Shown one piece after another: positions 19,237 through 28,532 of a stretch of DNA of 64,000 nt (the first letter of the stretch is position 1; every line of letters starts with the position of its first letter). The notes below the pieces were generated by a model, which worked only from the letters and a program-made list of their open reading frames with translations, was not told the origin of the DNA and did no database searches. Made by a program: the position numbers and the translations under genes. Source of the stretch: Myxococcales bacterium (GTDB lineage: Bacteria; Myxococcota_A; Polyangia; Polyangiales; DASUME01); contig JASGJH010000001.1 in NCBI GenBank assembly GCA_047601445.1, forward strand, positions 8,960,001-9,024,000. Reading direction: 5' to 3'.

Positions 19237-22200
19237 TCAAGACAGTTGGCTAGGGTTGTGCAATCGCGGAAGCCTGGACCACCAAGCCCACCCGAAGTCG
19301 TCCGCCGCGTCCGTCAGATTGGGACTGTAGGCGGGATCGTGACGAAGAGCGATCGCCCAGCGCGCAAGCATGAAGTCGGCCTCCGAGGCCAGACGCGCAG
19401 CCTTCTCGGGCGTGTTCTCCTGTCCGCGGCTCGCCGACTCGTGGTGGTAGAGCTCTGCGTACGGAGTCCACACGTTGCGGTAGCCGGCTTCGCGCAGGCG
19501 AAGGCAGAAGTCCACGTCGTTGAAGGCGACCTTGAGGTCGACCTCATTCAGCCCACCGACTTCCTCGAATACCGACTTGCGCACGACCAGGCAGGCGGCC
19601 GTAACCGCGGACAACGTTTGGCGCAACGCCGCCCGATCGAGGTAGCCACGCTGGCTGCGTCGTAGCCCGCGGTGCCCGTGGGCAGCCACGATGTTTACTC
19701 CCACGAACACGCCAGCATGCTGCAACGTGTCGTTCGGGTACCAAAGCCGCGCCCCCACTGCGCCAACACCGGGCTGCAAGGCGACGCTCACCATTTCGGT
19801 GAGCCAGTCGGGCGACATGATTTCGACGTCGTTGTTGAGCAGGCAAAGCAGCTCGCCCCGCGCGAGCTGCGCGGCCCGATTGTTGAGCGCCGAGTAGTTG
19901 AAGGGATTGTCGTCGCGGATCAGCCGTACCTTGCGGGTCGCGGCCAGGTGATCGAAGTATGCCAACGCGGACGGATCGTCGGAGCCATTGTCGACCAGCA
20001 GGATTTCGAGCGCCGGATAGGACGTCTTCTGCATCAGACTTTCGACGCATTGGCGCACCAGTCCCTCCGCGTTGCGCGTGGGGATGATGATGCTTACCAG
20101 GGGCAGCTGCTTCGGCAGATCGTAGGTGACGCGGAACGCACCGGCCTCGACCTCGACGATGGCCTCCACCTTGGAGCGGGCAAAATGCGCCTCGAGCGCT
20201 CGCTTGCCGCTGTGCATGCTTCTCGCCGTGCCCGGATGCGCACGTCGACTGTAGAGCACGCGCGGGACATGGTGGACTTCGCGGGCGGGAACCAGGTGCT
20301 CGACGCAGCGAAGGTTGAGGTCGTAGAGCTCGGCATCCTCGCGCTCGGCCGCCGCGCCACCGACCTCGTGTAAGAGGTCGGTGCGATAGGCCGCGAGTTG
20401 GCCGACCATGTCGTAGGAGAGGAAGAGGTCGGGATTGAAGTCGCTCTTGAAGCGCGGGTAGTTGCGGGCTCCATCGTGGTCGACGACGTCTTCGTCCGAG
20501 TAGACGAGCTTGCAATCCGGGTGCAGGTTGATGGCTTCGACCAGCCAGTACAGCGCGTGTTCCTGCACGATGTCGTCGTCGCCGAGGAAGACCGTCCAGT
20601 GTCCCTGGGCGTGCTGGATGCCGTCGTTCATCGCCATGGCCTTCGGGCCCAGCGTGGTCTCGAGCACCCTGACGCGCGGGTCCGCATCCGCGAGCTGTTT
20701 GAGGTAGCTCTTGACCTCGGTCCGCGTGGAGGCGTTGTTGACCACCCAGAGCTCCCAGTACGGATAGATCTGCTCGCGTACCGACTGCACCGTCTCCGAC
20801 AGTCGAGCGAGGTCCGGATCGTGGATGGGCAAGATCAGGCTGATCAACGGACGCTGGGCAAAGCTCGGGATCAGCGCCCTGAAGCCGGCACGCTCTTCCC
20901 GACCGAGCGTGTCGTTGCGGCGCAGCCAATCCATGTAGTCGGCGTTCGCGGCGCGCAGCGCCACCTGCTGGGCCTTTTGCTTGGGCTTCGGCTTGGGAGC
21001 CGGAGCCAACGAGGAGCGCCCCGCTGCGAGATCCAACATACGCTTGGTGGCGCCGCCCATGCCCTGTTGCCGCAGCACCTTGCGCACCCGGCGCATGGCC
21101 CGTTCGTAGCCGCCAGGAGGGCTAAAACGCTCGAGGGTCTTGGTCGACGTGCGAAGCGGCTCCGTGATGCGCCAGGAGAGCGATTCTTGAAGCTCCGCGA
21201 CCTCTTTCTTGGAACTGTTGAGCTCACCTTCGAGCTCATGGATGCGCCGTCGCAGGCTATCGCGCTCGTTGCAGGCGTGCTCTTCGGCGCGCCGGCTCGT
21301 GGCCAAGAAGGCGGTCAACGTGGCCGCGCTATCAGCGAGCTGGCGATCGCGTTCGGACAGGGCAGAACGCCATTGGGCGCGCTCGTCTTGGAAGGTTTCC
21401 TGCAGCTCGTCGGTCTCCTTGCCCTTTGCTCCGAGCTGTTCCTCGAGCGCGACGATGCGCCTCGCGAACTCGCTCTCCATGGCCGCCTTGGCTTGCTCCA
21501 GGTGAGCGTGCTGCTCGCGGAGTTCGGCGTTTTCGCTGCGTCGAGCGAGGAGCTCTTCCTCGGGCAAAAGGGCGCTGGCCGTCCAGGGGTTACTGGACTC
21601 GTCGGAAGCCACGGAGATGGCACTCAACGGTCCGCAAACCTTGTCGTTGACTGCGGCCTCTCGTCCGGTGATGCGCCGTTCGCCGAGCAAGTTGTCGGCG
21701 GGTCGCTCCTTGCGGATGATGCACAGGGAGTTGATGAACTCGACCGAATGGATGTGCGCAAGTGACTCTTCGTTGGGCGGGGAATGGAAGTGCTCGGATG
21801 TCGCGCGGAGGACGTCGGCGCGCGCCTTGTGTACGCCCCAATGTTCGTGATTGACCACGTCGGCCAGGCGCTTGAGGAACGCCATCGACGAGAACGGGTA
21901 GTGCAGCCCGCCTTCGAAGTCGGATCGATAGGAGCAGTGAAGGTCCTCGATCACATAGAGGCCGCCATCGTTCAGCATCGGAAAGTAACGCGCGAAGCTG
22001 CGAACGATGTCGCCCGACGTATGGGACCCGTCGTCGATGATGACATCGAAGGACTCGGAGTATTGAGCGATGCGCCGCTGGGCTTCGTCCGTGTTCGCGT
22101 CGATCACGATGACCTTGATGCGCGGGTCATCGAAGGTCAGCGCGGCACAGGCTGGATCGATGTCACAACCGATGATGTGGCGCGCGTTGGGAAAGCGCTT

Positions 22201-22371
22201 GGCCCACAATTCGAGAGAGCCACCATTCTGAACGCCAATCTCGAGCAGGCTCAGTGGCGCCTTTTCGATAGGCGCCATGAGGCGCTGGTATTCGCGCAAG
22301 TAGATATCCCACTTGTCGCTGACCTTGCCCTCGTGCCTGGTGTGCAGCTCTTCGATGGTTTCCGCTGTCAT
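19237..22371 (-). CDS. Multidomain SAM methyltransferase / coiled-coil / GT2 / GT2 protein (WsaE-like architecture)
   Basis: LLEIGVQNGGS, IIDDGSH, GGLYVIED (class I MTase); heptad-rich segment ending SLSWRITEPLR; GT2 #1 PLISLILP...VYSDED; GT2 #2 VSIIIPTRN...LLNNDV...AVTAACL...NDVDFCLR. Confidence 0.88.
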   Translation of the reverse strand: MTAETIEELHTRHEGKVSDKWDIYLREYQRLMAPIEKAPLSLLEIGVQNGGSLELWAKRFPNARHIIGCDIDPACAALTFDDPRIKVIVIDANTDEAQRRIAQYSESFDVIIDDGSHTSGDIVRSFARYFPMLNDGGLYVIEDLHCSYRSDFEGGLHYPFSSMAFLKRLADVVNHEHWGVHKARADVLRATSEHFHSPPNEESLAHIHSVEFINSLCIIRKERPADNLLGERRITGREAAVNDKVCGPLSAISVASDESSNPWTASALLPEEELLARRSENAELREQHAHLEQAKAAMESEFARRIVALEEQLGAKGKETDELQETFQDERAQWRSALSERDRQLADSAATLTAFLATSRRAEEHACNERDSLRRRIHELEGELNSSKKEVAELQESLSWRITEPLRTSTKTLERFSPPGGYERAMRRVRKVLRQQGMGGATKRMLDLAAGRSSLAPAPKPKPKQKAQQVALRAANADYMDWLRRNDTLGREERAGFRALIPSFAQRPLISLILPIHDPDLARLSETVQSVREQIYPYWELWVVNNASTRTEVKSYLKQLADADPRVRVLETTLGPKAMAMNDGIQHAQGHWTVFLGDDDIVQEHALYWLVEAINLHPDCKLVYSDEDVVDHDGARNYPRFKSDFNPDLFLSYDMVGQLAAYRTDLLHEVGGAAAEREDAELYDLNLRCVEHLVPAREVHHVPRVLYSRRAHPGTARSMHSGKRALEAHFARSKVEAIVEVEAGAFRVTYDLPKQLPLVSIIIPTRNAEGLVRQCVESLMQKTSYPALEILLVDNGSDDPSALAYFDHLAATRKVRLIRDDNPFNYSALNNRAAQLARGELLCLLNNDVEIMSPDWLTEMVSVALQPGVGAVGARLWYPNDTLQHAGVFVGVNIVAAHGHRGLRRSQRGYLDRAALRQTLSAVTAACLVVRKSVFEEVGGLNEVDLKVAFNDVDFCLRLREAGYRNVWTPYAELYHHESASRGQENTPEKAARLASEADFMLARWAIALRHDPAYSPNLTDAADDFGWAWWSRLPRLHNPSQLS

Positions 22372-22557
22372 GTCGGGCCCTTCCACGTCTCGATCCCGCA
22401 ACCGTGCCGAGTTTTAGTCAGGCTCCGTGGGGGTGTCCACCTGGGTTCGCCCGCGGCGAGGGGTGGAGCCCGAGACGGGGCAGCGCCGTCTGGGAGATTC
22501 ACCCCCTCCGCGGAGTTCGCTTGGGCAGCAAGCTGTGAGGTCCCGACGGCCGCGGGA

Positions 22558-24108
22558 CTAGCCGTAGCGCTCGGCCAGATCCACGAACAGCCGCGCGATC
22601 AGGGGAAGGGTGGTCCAGAGCACAAGTACCACCAGGACGAAAGCAGCCACCGTTCGGACGCGTGCCTGGGCGGGCGGGGCTACGACGGCGCTCGGCGCCC
22701 GGGGGGCCCATTCGGTCCCGAGTCCAAGCGAGACAGAGCCGCTGAGGAGCGCGATGGCCAGCACCCAGGTCGGCAAGAAGTAGCGCGCCTGGACACCCTG
22801 GATGAGAGTCTCGCCGACGGCCGTTTCACCCATGTAGAGGACCAGCGCGATAGCGGCGACGCTGCAGGCGCCGGCCACGATGCCGATCAGCGAGGGCGAA
22901 ATCGCTCTCACGAGGCGCTGCCGTACTTCGCGCAGCGATCCATGTCGCGCAGCGATCAGAAAGGCGCCTTCCAACGCCGCACCCAACAGAAGAGTTCGTC
23001 GGTAGCCACCGACCACCGCGCGGGATACGTCGACGTCCAGCCAGCCCAGCGGACCCGCGAGATTTTGCAGTCTCCAGGGCTCCGCGTATTCGGCGATGTC
23101 CAGGCTCAACAGCCGCCATGGGGCGCCGAGAACGAGCCGTAGTTGGGCGGCCTGATCGACGATGCCACCTGGGCGCAGCGTGGGCGTCTCGGTCTGCGAG
23201 ACCTGCATGACGTGCAGTGCGCGCAGGATCGGCAAACACGAGAACACGAGCGCCGCCCAGATGAGCCACCCGCGCAGCTGGCCTCTCCTTGGGTCGAGCG
23301 CAGACACGAAGCCGCGCGCGACATCGGCTAACGAGACGCCGGGGTCACGGCGTAGCTCGGACAACCAGTGGCCAATGAACAGGCTCGGCACGAAGCACGG
23401 AAGCAAGAATGGCTTCGCCGAAGCACCCCAGCCGGTCAGGATGAAAAGCAGAAGGTCCCAGCCTGTCATGCGTTCCAGGAACAAGATGCACGCGCTCAGC
23501 ATCAGGGCATGCGCTAGCTGCGACCCATCCGCCGATACGCCGAAGCTTTGCTGGGCAAACAGCGGGGAGAGCGTGAAGGCGGCCACCAGGAGCACGCCGG
23601 GCCGGTTGGCTGCTCGCGCGAGCGCCCCGAGGCGGAGCAAGCAACCCAGGACCATCAAGCCCTGGAGCAGGCGGGCCAGCGCGATGGCCTGAACCTGCCG
23701 GACGACACTTTCCGTCTGATTCGGCAAGATGAGCTTGGACGCGACGACGCCCGGGTAGGTGAAGGCATCGCTGTAGGCATCGGGCGAGACGCCGCATTGA
23801 AGCGGCGCGAACGAAACGATCGGCACGGGAGGCGGTGCATGAGGCTGCGCCATGGCCATGACGGTCACCGTCTCGATGCATTTCTTGGCGTGGATCGCCT
23901 TCTCCATTTGCAGGTGCGACTGCTGCCAGTGCGTCAGCTCGTCAGGGACCGAGAGCAACGGCTGTGCGAACGCCAGGCAGGCACCGAGAAGACAAAACGA
24001 ACCCGCGTAAGCCCAGTATGCCGAGAAGTACAGACGCGCGGCGGCGCCTGGCGCGCCCAAGCTCTGCCGCAGGTGGTCCGCCAGTCTGCCGAAGAAACGT
24101 CTCGTCAT
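22558..24108 (-). CDS. DUF2142-like multi-pass membrane protein (GT-C-like), paralog of 17089-19230
   Basis: PLLSVPDELTHW, YSDAFTYPGV, GVSADG, EPWRLQNLAGPLGWLD, QGVQARYFLP, RLFVDLAERYG. Confidence 0.7.
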   Translation of the reverse strand: MTRRFFGRLADHLRQSLGAPGAAARLYFSAYWAYAGSFCLLGACLAFAQPLLSVPDELTHWQQSHLQMEKAIHAKKCIETVTVMAMAQPHAPPPVPIVSFAPLQCGVSPDAYSDAFTYPGVVASKLILPNQTESVVRQVQAIALARLLQGLMVLGCLLRLGALARAANRPGVLLVAAFTLSPLFAQQSFGVSADGSQLAHALMLSACILFLERMTGWDLLLFILTGWGASAKPFLLPCFVPSLFIGHWLSELRRDPGVSLADVARGFVSALDPRRGQLRGWLIWAALVFSCLPILRALHVMQVSQTETPTLRPGGIVDQAAQLRLVLGAPWRLLSLDIAEYAEPWRLQNLAGPLGWLDVDVSRAVVGGYRRTLLLGAALEGAFLIAARHGSLREVRQRLVRAISPSLIGIVAGACSVAAIALVLYMGETAVGETLIQGVQARYFLPTWVLAIALLSGSVSLGLGTEWAPRAPSAVVAPPAQARVRTVAAFVLVVLVLWTTLPLIARLFVDLAERYG

Positions 24109-24128
24109 CGCAACGCCGGAGGATTCCC

Positions 24129-25070
24129 TCAGCCTCGAACCTGTGCCGGGTTATCGAGGTACCATTTGTACGTGCGCTCGAGGCCCTCGCGGAGGCCCGT
24201 CTTGGCGCGCCAACCGAGTCCGTTCAAGCGACCCACGTCGACCAGCTTGCGTGGCGTTCCGTCGGGCTTGCTCGTATCGAACACGAGCTCGCCCTGATAT
24301 CCGACCACGTCCCGAACGAGCTCCGCGAGCTCGCGGATGGAGATGTCGTCGCCCACGCCAATGTTGACGATCTCGGGCTTGTCGTAGCTTTCCATCAAGA
24401 ACAGGCACGCATCGGCCAAGTCATCCACGTAGAGGAACTCGCGACGCGGGGTCCCCGAGCCCCAGACCGTTACGGCCGGCACGCGTTGTTGCTTCGCTTC
24501 GTGGAACCTGCGGATCAACGCCGGGAGAACATGGCTGTTTTCCGGGGCAAAGTTGTCCCCGGGCCCATACAAGTTCGTGGGCATCACGCTGATCCCGTGC
24601 AAGCCATACTGTCGCCGGTAGGCGTTCACCATGGTGATGCCCGCGATCTTGGCGACCGCGTAGGCGTCGTTGGTCGGCTCGAGCGGGCCCGTAAGGAGAT
24701 ACTCCTCCTTGAGAGGCTGAGGCGCGTGCTTGGGATAGATGCACGTGGAGCCCAAGAACATGAGCTTCTTGACCCCGTACTTGTGGCAGCCCTCGATGAC
24801 GTTGCACTGGATGTGCAGATTTTCGCGGATGAAGTCTGCCGAGAATCGGTCGTTGGCGAAGATGCCGCCCACCTTGGCCGCGGCCAAAAATACGTAATCG
24901 GGTCGCTCGCTCGCGAAAAACCGGTCCGTCTCGGAGGCCGACGTCAGGTCGAGTTCCGAGCGACTCCGGGTAAGCAGATTCTCGAGGCCACGCGCGCGGA
25001 GGGCTCGCTCGATGGCCGAGCCGACAAGGCCCCGGTGACCTGCGACAAAGATGCGATTGTCCCGATTCAT
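24129..25070 (-). CDS. fcl: GDP-L-fucose synthase
   Basis: FVAGHRGLVGSAI, AAAKVGGI, LGSTCIYPK, LEPTNDAYAVAKIAG, MPTNLYGPGDNF, SHVLPAL, WGSGTPRREFLYVDDLA, KPDGTPRK. Confidence 0.97.
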   Translation of the reverse strand: MNRDNRIFVAGHRGLVGSAIERALRARGLENLLTRSRSELDLTSASETDRFFASERPDYVFLAAAKVGGIFANDRFSADFIRENLHIQCNVIEGCHKYGVKKLMFLGSTCIYPKHAPQPLKEEYLLTGPLEPTNDAYAVAKIAGITMVNAYRRQYGLHGISVMPTNLYGPGDNFAPENSHVLPALIRRFHEAKQQRVPAVTVWGSGTPRREFLYVDDLADACLFLMESYDKPEIVNIGVGDDISIRELAELVRDVVGYQGELVFDTSKPDGTPRKLVDVGRLNGLGWRAKTGLREGLERTYKWYLDNPAQVRG

Positions 25071-25213
25071 CGCGGATTCTTATCCCACGGGGCGTCTTGG
25101 CGCATCCCCCGGTCCGGGCCAGCGGGCCATTCGTCTCGGCCCGTCTCGGGCCAATCGGCTACCATCGTGCCGGTCCGGGGCCTCGGGCGCCGCCGGGCAA
25201 GGAGCTGTGACCT

Positions 25214-26443
25214 TTGTTCGACTTCTTCCGCAAGGGACGCCGGCCGGCCCCCGAGCCAGCTCGGCAAGCTGAGCTCGGCCCCCCTGCCAGCGACCCCTGG
25301 GCCTCGTTGGCAAGCCTGTGCGCGCCTGTGGACCCTCGCGCCCTGTGCAGACTGCTCGCCCGAGCTGGGTTCACTCCGGCGGGCTACCGTGCCGCCAACG
25401 CCGACTTGGTGGCGGCCCTGCCCGCCGACGATGCTGCGTCGCTCCGCCATTTTCTCGAGCACGGTATCCACGAGGCCCGCGAGTTTCCCGTCGAGCTGCA
25501 ATGGGATGTACTCGAGGAGATTCGAGCGCTCCCGTTCGAGCATGCGAACACGGGCCGCCAGCTCACGCGCTCGCTCATCAGCGCGTACTTCTGGCCCAAT
25601 CGGCTGGCTCAGGCGACGGCGAAGCAAGCGCTCTCCAAAATCCGTGACTACGGGGGCCGGCCGTTCCTGCTGATCGGCGATAGTCACTCGATGAGCTACC
25701 GGCGCCCTGCCTGGCGCGGCGACGCATGGCTCCTTCCGCTCCACGTGAACTGCATCGCCGGCTCCGCGCGGGGCCTGTCCAACCCAGCGTCGCGTTCGGG
25801 GTATGGGCGTCGCATCCGGGAACTCTGGCTTGAAATGGCAAACCTCGAAGACGCGCCGGGCGTGCCGGTGCTGTGGAAGTTCGGGCAAGTCGACACCGAG
25901 TTCGTGCACACCTTCAGGAGGGTCTCGAAGAACCTGGTCGCGTTCGACGTGGCTGAGTTTGCCCAGTTCAGCCAGCGTTCCGTCGAGGGATACGCAGAAT
26001 TTCTGGCGTCCGTGGTGCCAGCGAGCCTGCGCAGAGAGTCACACGTGTGTTCTATCTTTGCGCCAGCGCTGAGCGATGAGGCTCACGCTCAGGGCTACGT
26101 AAGCGGTCACATCACGTCGCTCGAGTCGGACCTGGATGCCGAGGCCATGCTGACGGCGGTACGTAAGCTCGAAATACCCGATCTGGCGACCCGCACGCGT
26201 ATGCATCGCACCTACAACGCATTGCTGGCGGAGCAAGTTCGCCCGCTCGGGTTCGAGTTCTTGGACGACTTCTCGGCCCTTCTCGGGAACGACGGCACGC
26301 TCGACGAGCGCTTCCGCCAGCATGCGGGCGGCTTTGATCATCACGTGAATTTTCAGGCAAGTGCCTCGGTCCTCGAACCGATATTGTGGGACATTTTGAC
26401 GCCGCGGACCCTTGCGCAGCCCTCGAATCTAGATAAGGGGTGA
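25214..26443 (+). CDS. Hypothetical protein with an SGNH-like domain and an N-terminal glycan-locus repeat
   Basis: LIGDSHS, GSARGL, FGQVD, DHHVN. N-terminal YRAANADL...LRHFLEHG..EAR motif. TTG start is uncertain. Confidence 0.6.
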   Translation: MFDFFRKGRRPAPEPARQAELGPPASDPWASLASLCAPVDPRALCRLLARAGFTPAGYRAANADLVAALPADDAASLRHFLEHGIHEAREFPVELQWDVLEEIRALPFEHANTGRQLTRSLISAYFWPNRLAQATAKQALSKIRDYGGRPFLLIGDSHSMSYRRPAWRGDAWLLPLHVNCIAGSARGLSNPASRSGYGRRIRELWLEMANLEDAPGVPVLWKFGQVDTEFVHTFRRVSKNLVAFDVAEFAQFSQRSVEGYAEFLASVVPASLRRESHVCSIFAPALSDEAHAQGYVSGHITSLESDLDAEAMLTAVRKLEIPDLATRTRMHRTYNALLAEQVRPLGFEFLDDFSALLGNDGTLDERFRQHAGGFDHHVNFQASASVLEPILWDILTPRTLAQPSNLDKG

Positions 26444-26489
26444 ACAGTAGGGGTGAAGGACCAGCCGCACCCCTCAACGGGCAAGCGAG

Positions 26490-27731
26490 ATGGCACTAAC
26501 TCCGATTCTCATCTCCGGTGTCGGACGCTCAGGCACGACTGCGCTGATGGCGCTCCTGGGGACTGACGCGCGGGTTGTCTTCGACCGCTGCTACCCGTTC
26601 GAAAACCGCAGTCTGACGTACCTCGTCAAGTCGAGTCTGCTCCTGGACCGCGCCGGGGTTGGGGCGTTCGACCAGAGCAAGCTCGTAGACTTCGCCGACA
26701 ATACGCTGGGACCCGCCCCCTGGGTTCCGGAGTCGGTCCCGTTTCCCTCGTCGCAGTCTTGGCTCGAGCAAGGCTGGAGCCTGATGTCGGACGTCGCTCT
26801 GCGAAACCGCAGGGACGGCCTCTGGTACGCCGAGAAGGTCAGCTATTGGCTGCCGCCGCTGATCCGGGCCGTCATGCCGTGCCGCACGATCCACTTGGTG
26901 CGTGATCCCCGCGACGTGTGGCTGTCCATTGTCGAGTTCGGACGTCGCAGGCCGACAGTCGGCTTCGGGGTCGAACTCGAGCAGCTGGACCAGGCGAGAA
27001 TGCTCGCGCACCAGTGGGCCTCATTTGCGGAGAATGAACGAGCCGACGCCAGCGGAACGTCCTCACAACGCGTGCGCTACGAAGACATGGTTCAAGACCT
27101 CCAGTCGGTGGCAGCCAACCTCAACGCGTGGCTCGCGCTCGCACTCGACCCGTGCAAAGAGGAGACCCGAGGCAACCTCGCCCAGCACGCCACGAGTGCG
27201 TCGCCGTCCAAGTCCGTGGAGCGCTGGAAGCACGAACCGCTCGCGGAGCAGGTCGAGCGTGCACTGCTGGCCCCTCTCTGCGCCGACCTGGCCCGCTACG
27301 GATATCCGGCCAGCCACGTGAGCCCAGCGCCAAGGTTCACGCCGGACGCAACCTGGCCTCACTCCGGCCAAGCTGCTGGCCAGCCAACGAACGACGGGAT
27401 GCAGCTCACGGCCGTAGGTCCCGACCTGTGGTTCCTGGTGCGGGCTCCCTCTTTCGACGCCGCTGGCGTGTCCGAAGTCTGGCTGTGCATGGAAGCCGGC
27501 ACAGGCGACCACTGCTCAATCTACTGGCGCGCGCCAGGACAGCCCTTCGACGAGTCCAGAGGCGTCCACATGCCCTATCTCCCCGGGCCGCACCGTCAGA
27601 TCATTCGGCTTCCCGTGAGCAGCCATGCGCTGTGGTCGGGGGAGATCGAGGAACTCCGAGTCGACGTGTTCAACGGCGCGATCGTGCCGGATCGCCCGGG
27701 GCGGTTTTGTTGGGTGCAGCTGGTGCCTTGA
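26490..27731 (+). CDS. PAPS-dependent sulfotransferase with a C-terminal beta-sandwich domain
   Basis: 5'-PSB ISGVGRSGTT, AEK, 3'-PB IHLVRDPRDVWLS, VRYEDMV, SVERWK. Confidence 0.85.
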   Translation: MALTPILISGVGRSGTTALMALLGTDARVVFDRCYPFENRSLTYLVKSSLLLDRAGVGAFDQSKLVDFADNTLGPAPWVPESVPFPSSQSWLEQGWSLMSDVALRNRRDGLWYAEKVSYWLPPLIRAVMPCRTIHLVRDPRDVWLSIVEFGRRRPTVGFGVELEQLDQARMLAHQWASFAENERADASGTSSQRVRYEDMVQDLQSVAANLNAWLALALDPCKEETRGNLAQHATSASPSKSVERWKHEPLAEQVERALLAPLCADLARYGYPASHVSPAPRFTPDATWPHSGQAAGQPTNDGMQLTAVGPDLWFLVRAPSFDAAGVSEVWLCMEAGTGDHCSIYWRAPGQPFDESRGVHMPYLPGPHRQIIRLPVSSHALWSGEIEELRVDVFNGAIVPDRPGRFCWVQLVP

Positions 27732-27752
27732 GGGGCGGTGCGAGGGCCGGGC

Positions 27753-28532
27753 TCAGTACAAATTTGAGTCGATCACCACCATGATCAGCTCCGGTGCCAG
27801 GACCGATAGGTTCCCGCAGGTCGTCTCGTCGCAGTCGGCGCACACGTCGAGGCGCTCCGGCGCACAGTTGTCAAAGGCGGCCACGCATCCCTTCGCACAG
27901 GCACACGCTCTGCATGTGTCGTTGGTGTCGTTGGCTCCGCAATCGCGGGTGCATTTGGCCACCATGCATTCGACTTCCGCGGTGACGCACTCGTTGCATG
28001 CGCTTACCTCGGCCTTGTCGCGCAAGCAGTCGTCGAGGGGGCAGGGGCCCTTGGCACAACTCGGGTTGCCGGCAAAGCACGCGCCGATGGATTGAATGAG
28101 CTGGCCAGAGAGGTGGAAGGCGCGCCAATTGCCTTCGTCTTCGGGGGAACATGAAAGCGGCGGTTCGATGCCACCACTGTCTCTGGCGGCATCGGTGCTG
28201 CCGTCGCTGGCGTCGATGCTGCCGTCGCTAGCGTCCGGGCTGGCGTCTTTCTCTGTGCTCGAGTCCATCGAGGCGTCGAGCATGGCCCCGTCCAGAGTGA
28301 CCTCAGCATCGCCGATGCCTGGCGCTGGCGGGGCCGCATCCATGCCCGAGTCCACGATGGGAGATTGGCCGACGTCGGCCGGGGCCCCAGCATCGGGGGT
28401 TGGAAGGCGCACGCAAATCTGTTTGTGGTAGTTCAGGCGCCAACCTTCGGGACACGGATTGCCGACCTCGACGCATCCGGCAAGAGCGAGGAGCGCAGCA
28501 ACACGGAATGTGACGGATGGAGGGACGGTCAT
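27753..28532 (-). CDS. Cys-rich lipoprotein
   Basis: ATG at 28532 overlaps the upstream stop. Lipobox LALAGC, Asp/Ala/Ser low-complexity linker, C-terminal domain with 18 Cys. Confidence 0.75.
   Translation of the reverse strand: MTVPPSVTFRVAALLALAGCVEVGNPCPEGWRLNYHKQICVRLPTPDAGAPADVGQSPIVDSGMDAAPPAPGIGDAEVTLDGAMLDASMDSSTEKDASPDASDGSIDASDGSTDAARDSGGIEPPLSCSPEDEGNWRAFHLSGQLIQSIGACFAGNPSCAKGPCPLDDCLRDKAEVSACNECVTAEVECMVAKCTRDCGANDTNDTCRACACAKGCVAAFDNCAPERLDVCADCDETTCGNLSVLAPELIMVVIDSNLY

Noticed and set aside
22464..22472. TGGAGCCCG match to the tRNA-Thr 3' end (also near 31627) as a possible att site
   Set aside because: Only 9 bp in GC-rich DNA, it does not extend, and no integrase is present.
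28196..28237. 21-bp tandem repeat
   Set aside because: It encodes the DASDGS linker of the lipoprotein; a coding low-complexity repeat, not CRISPR or a mobile element.
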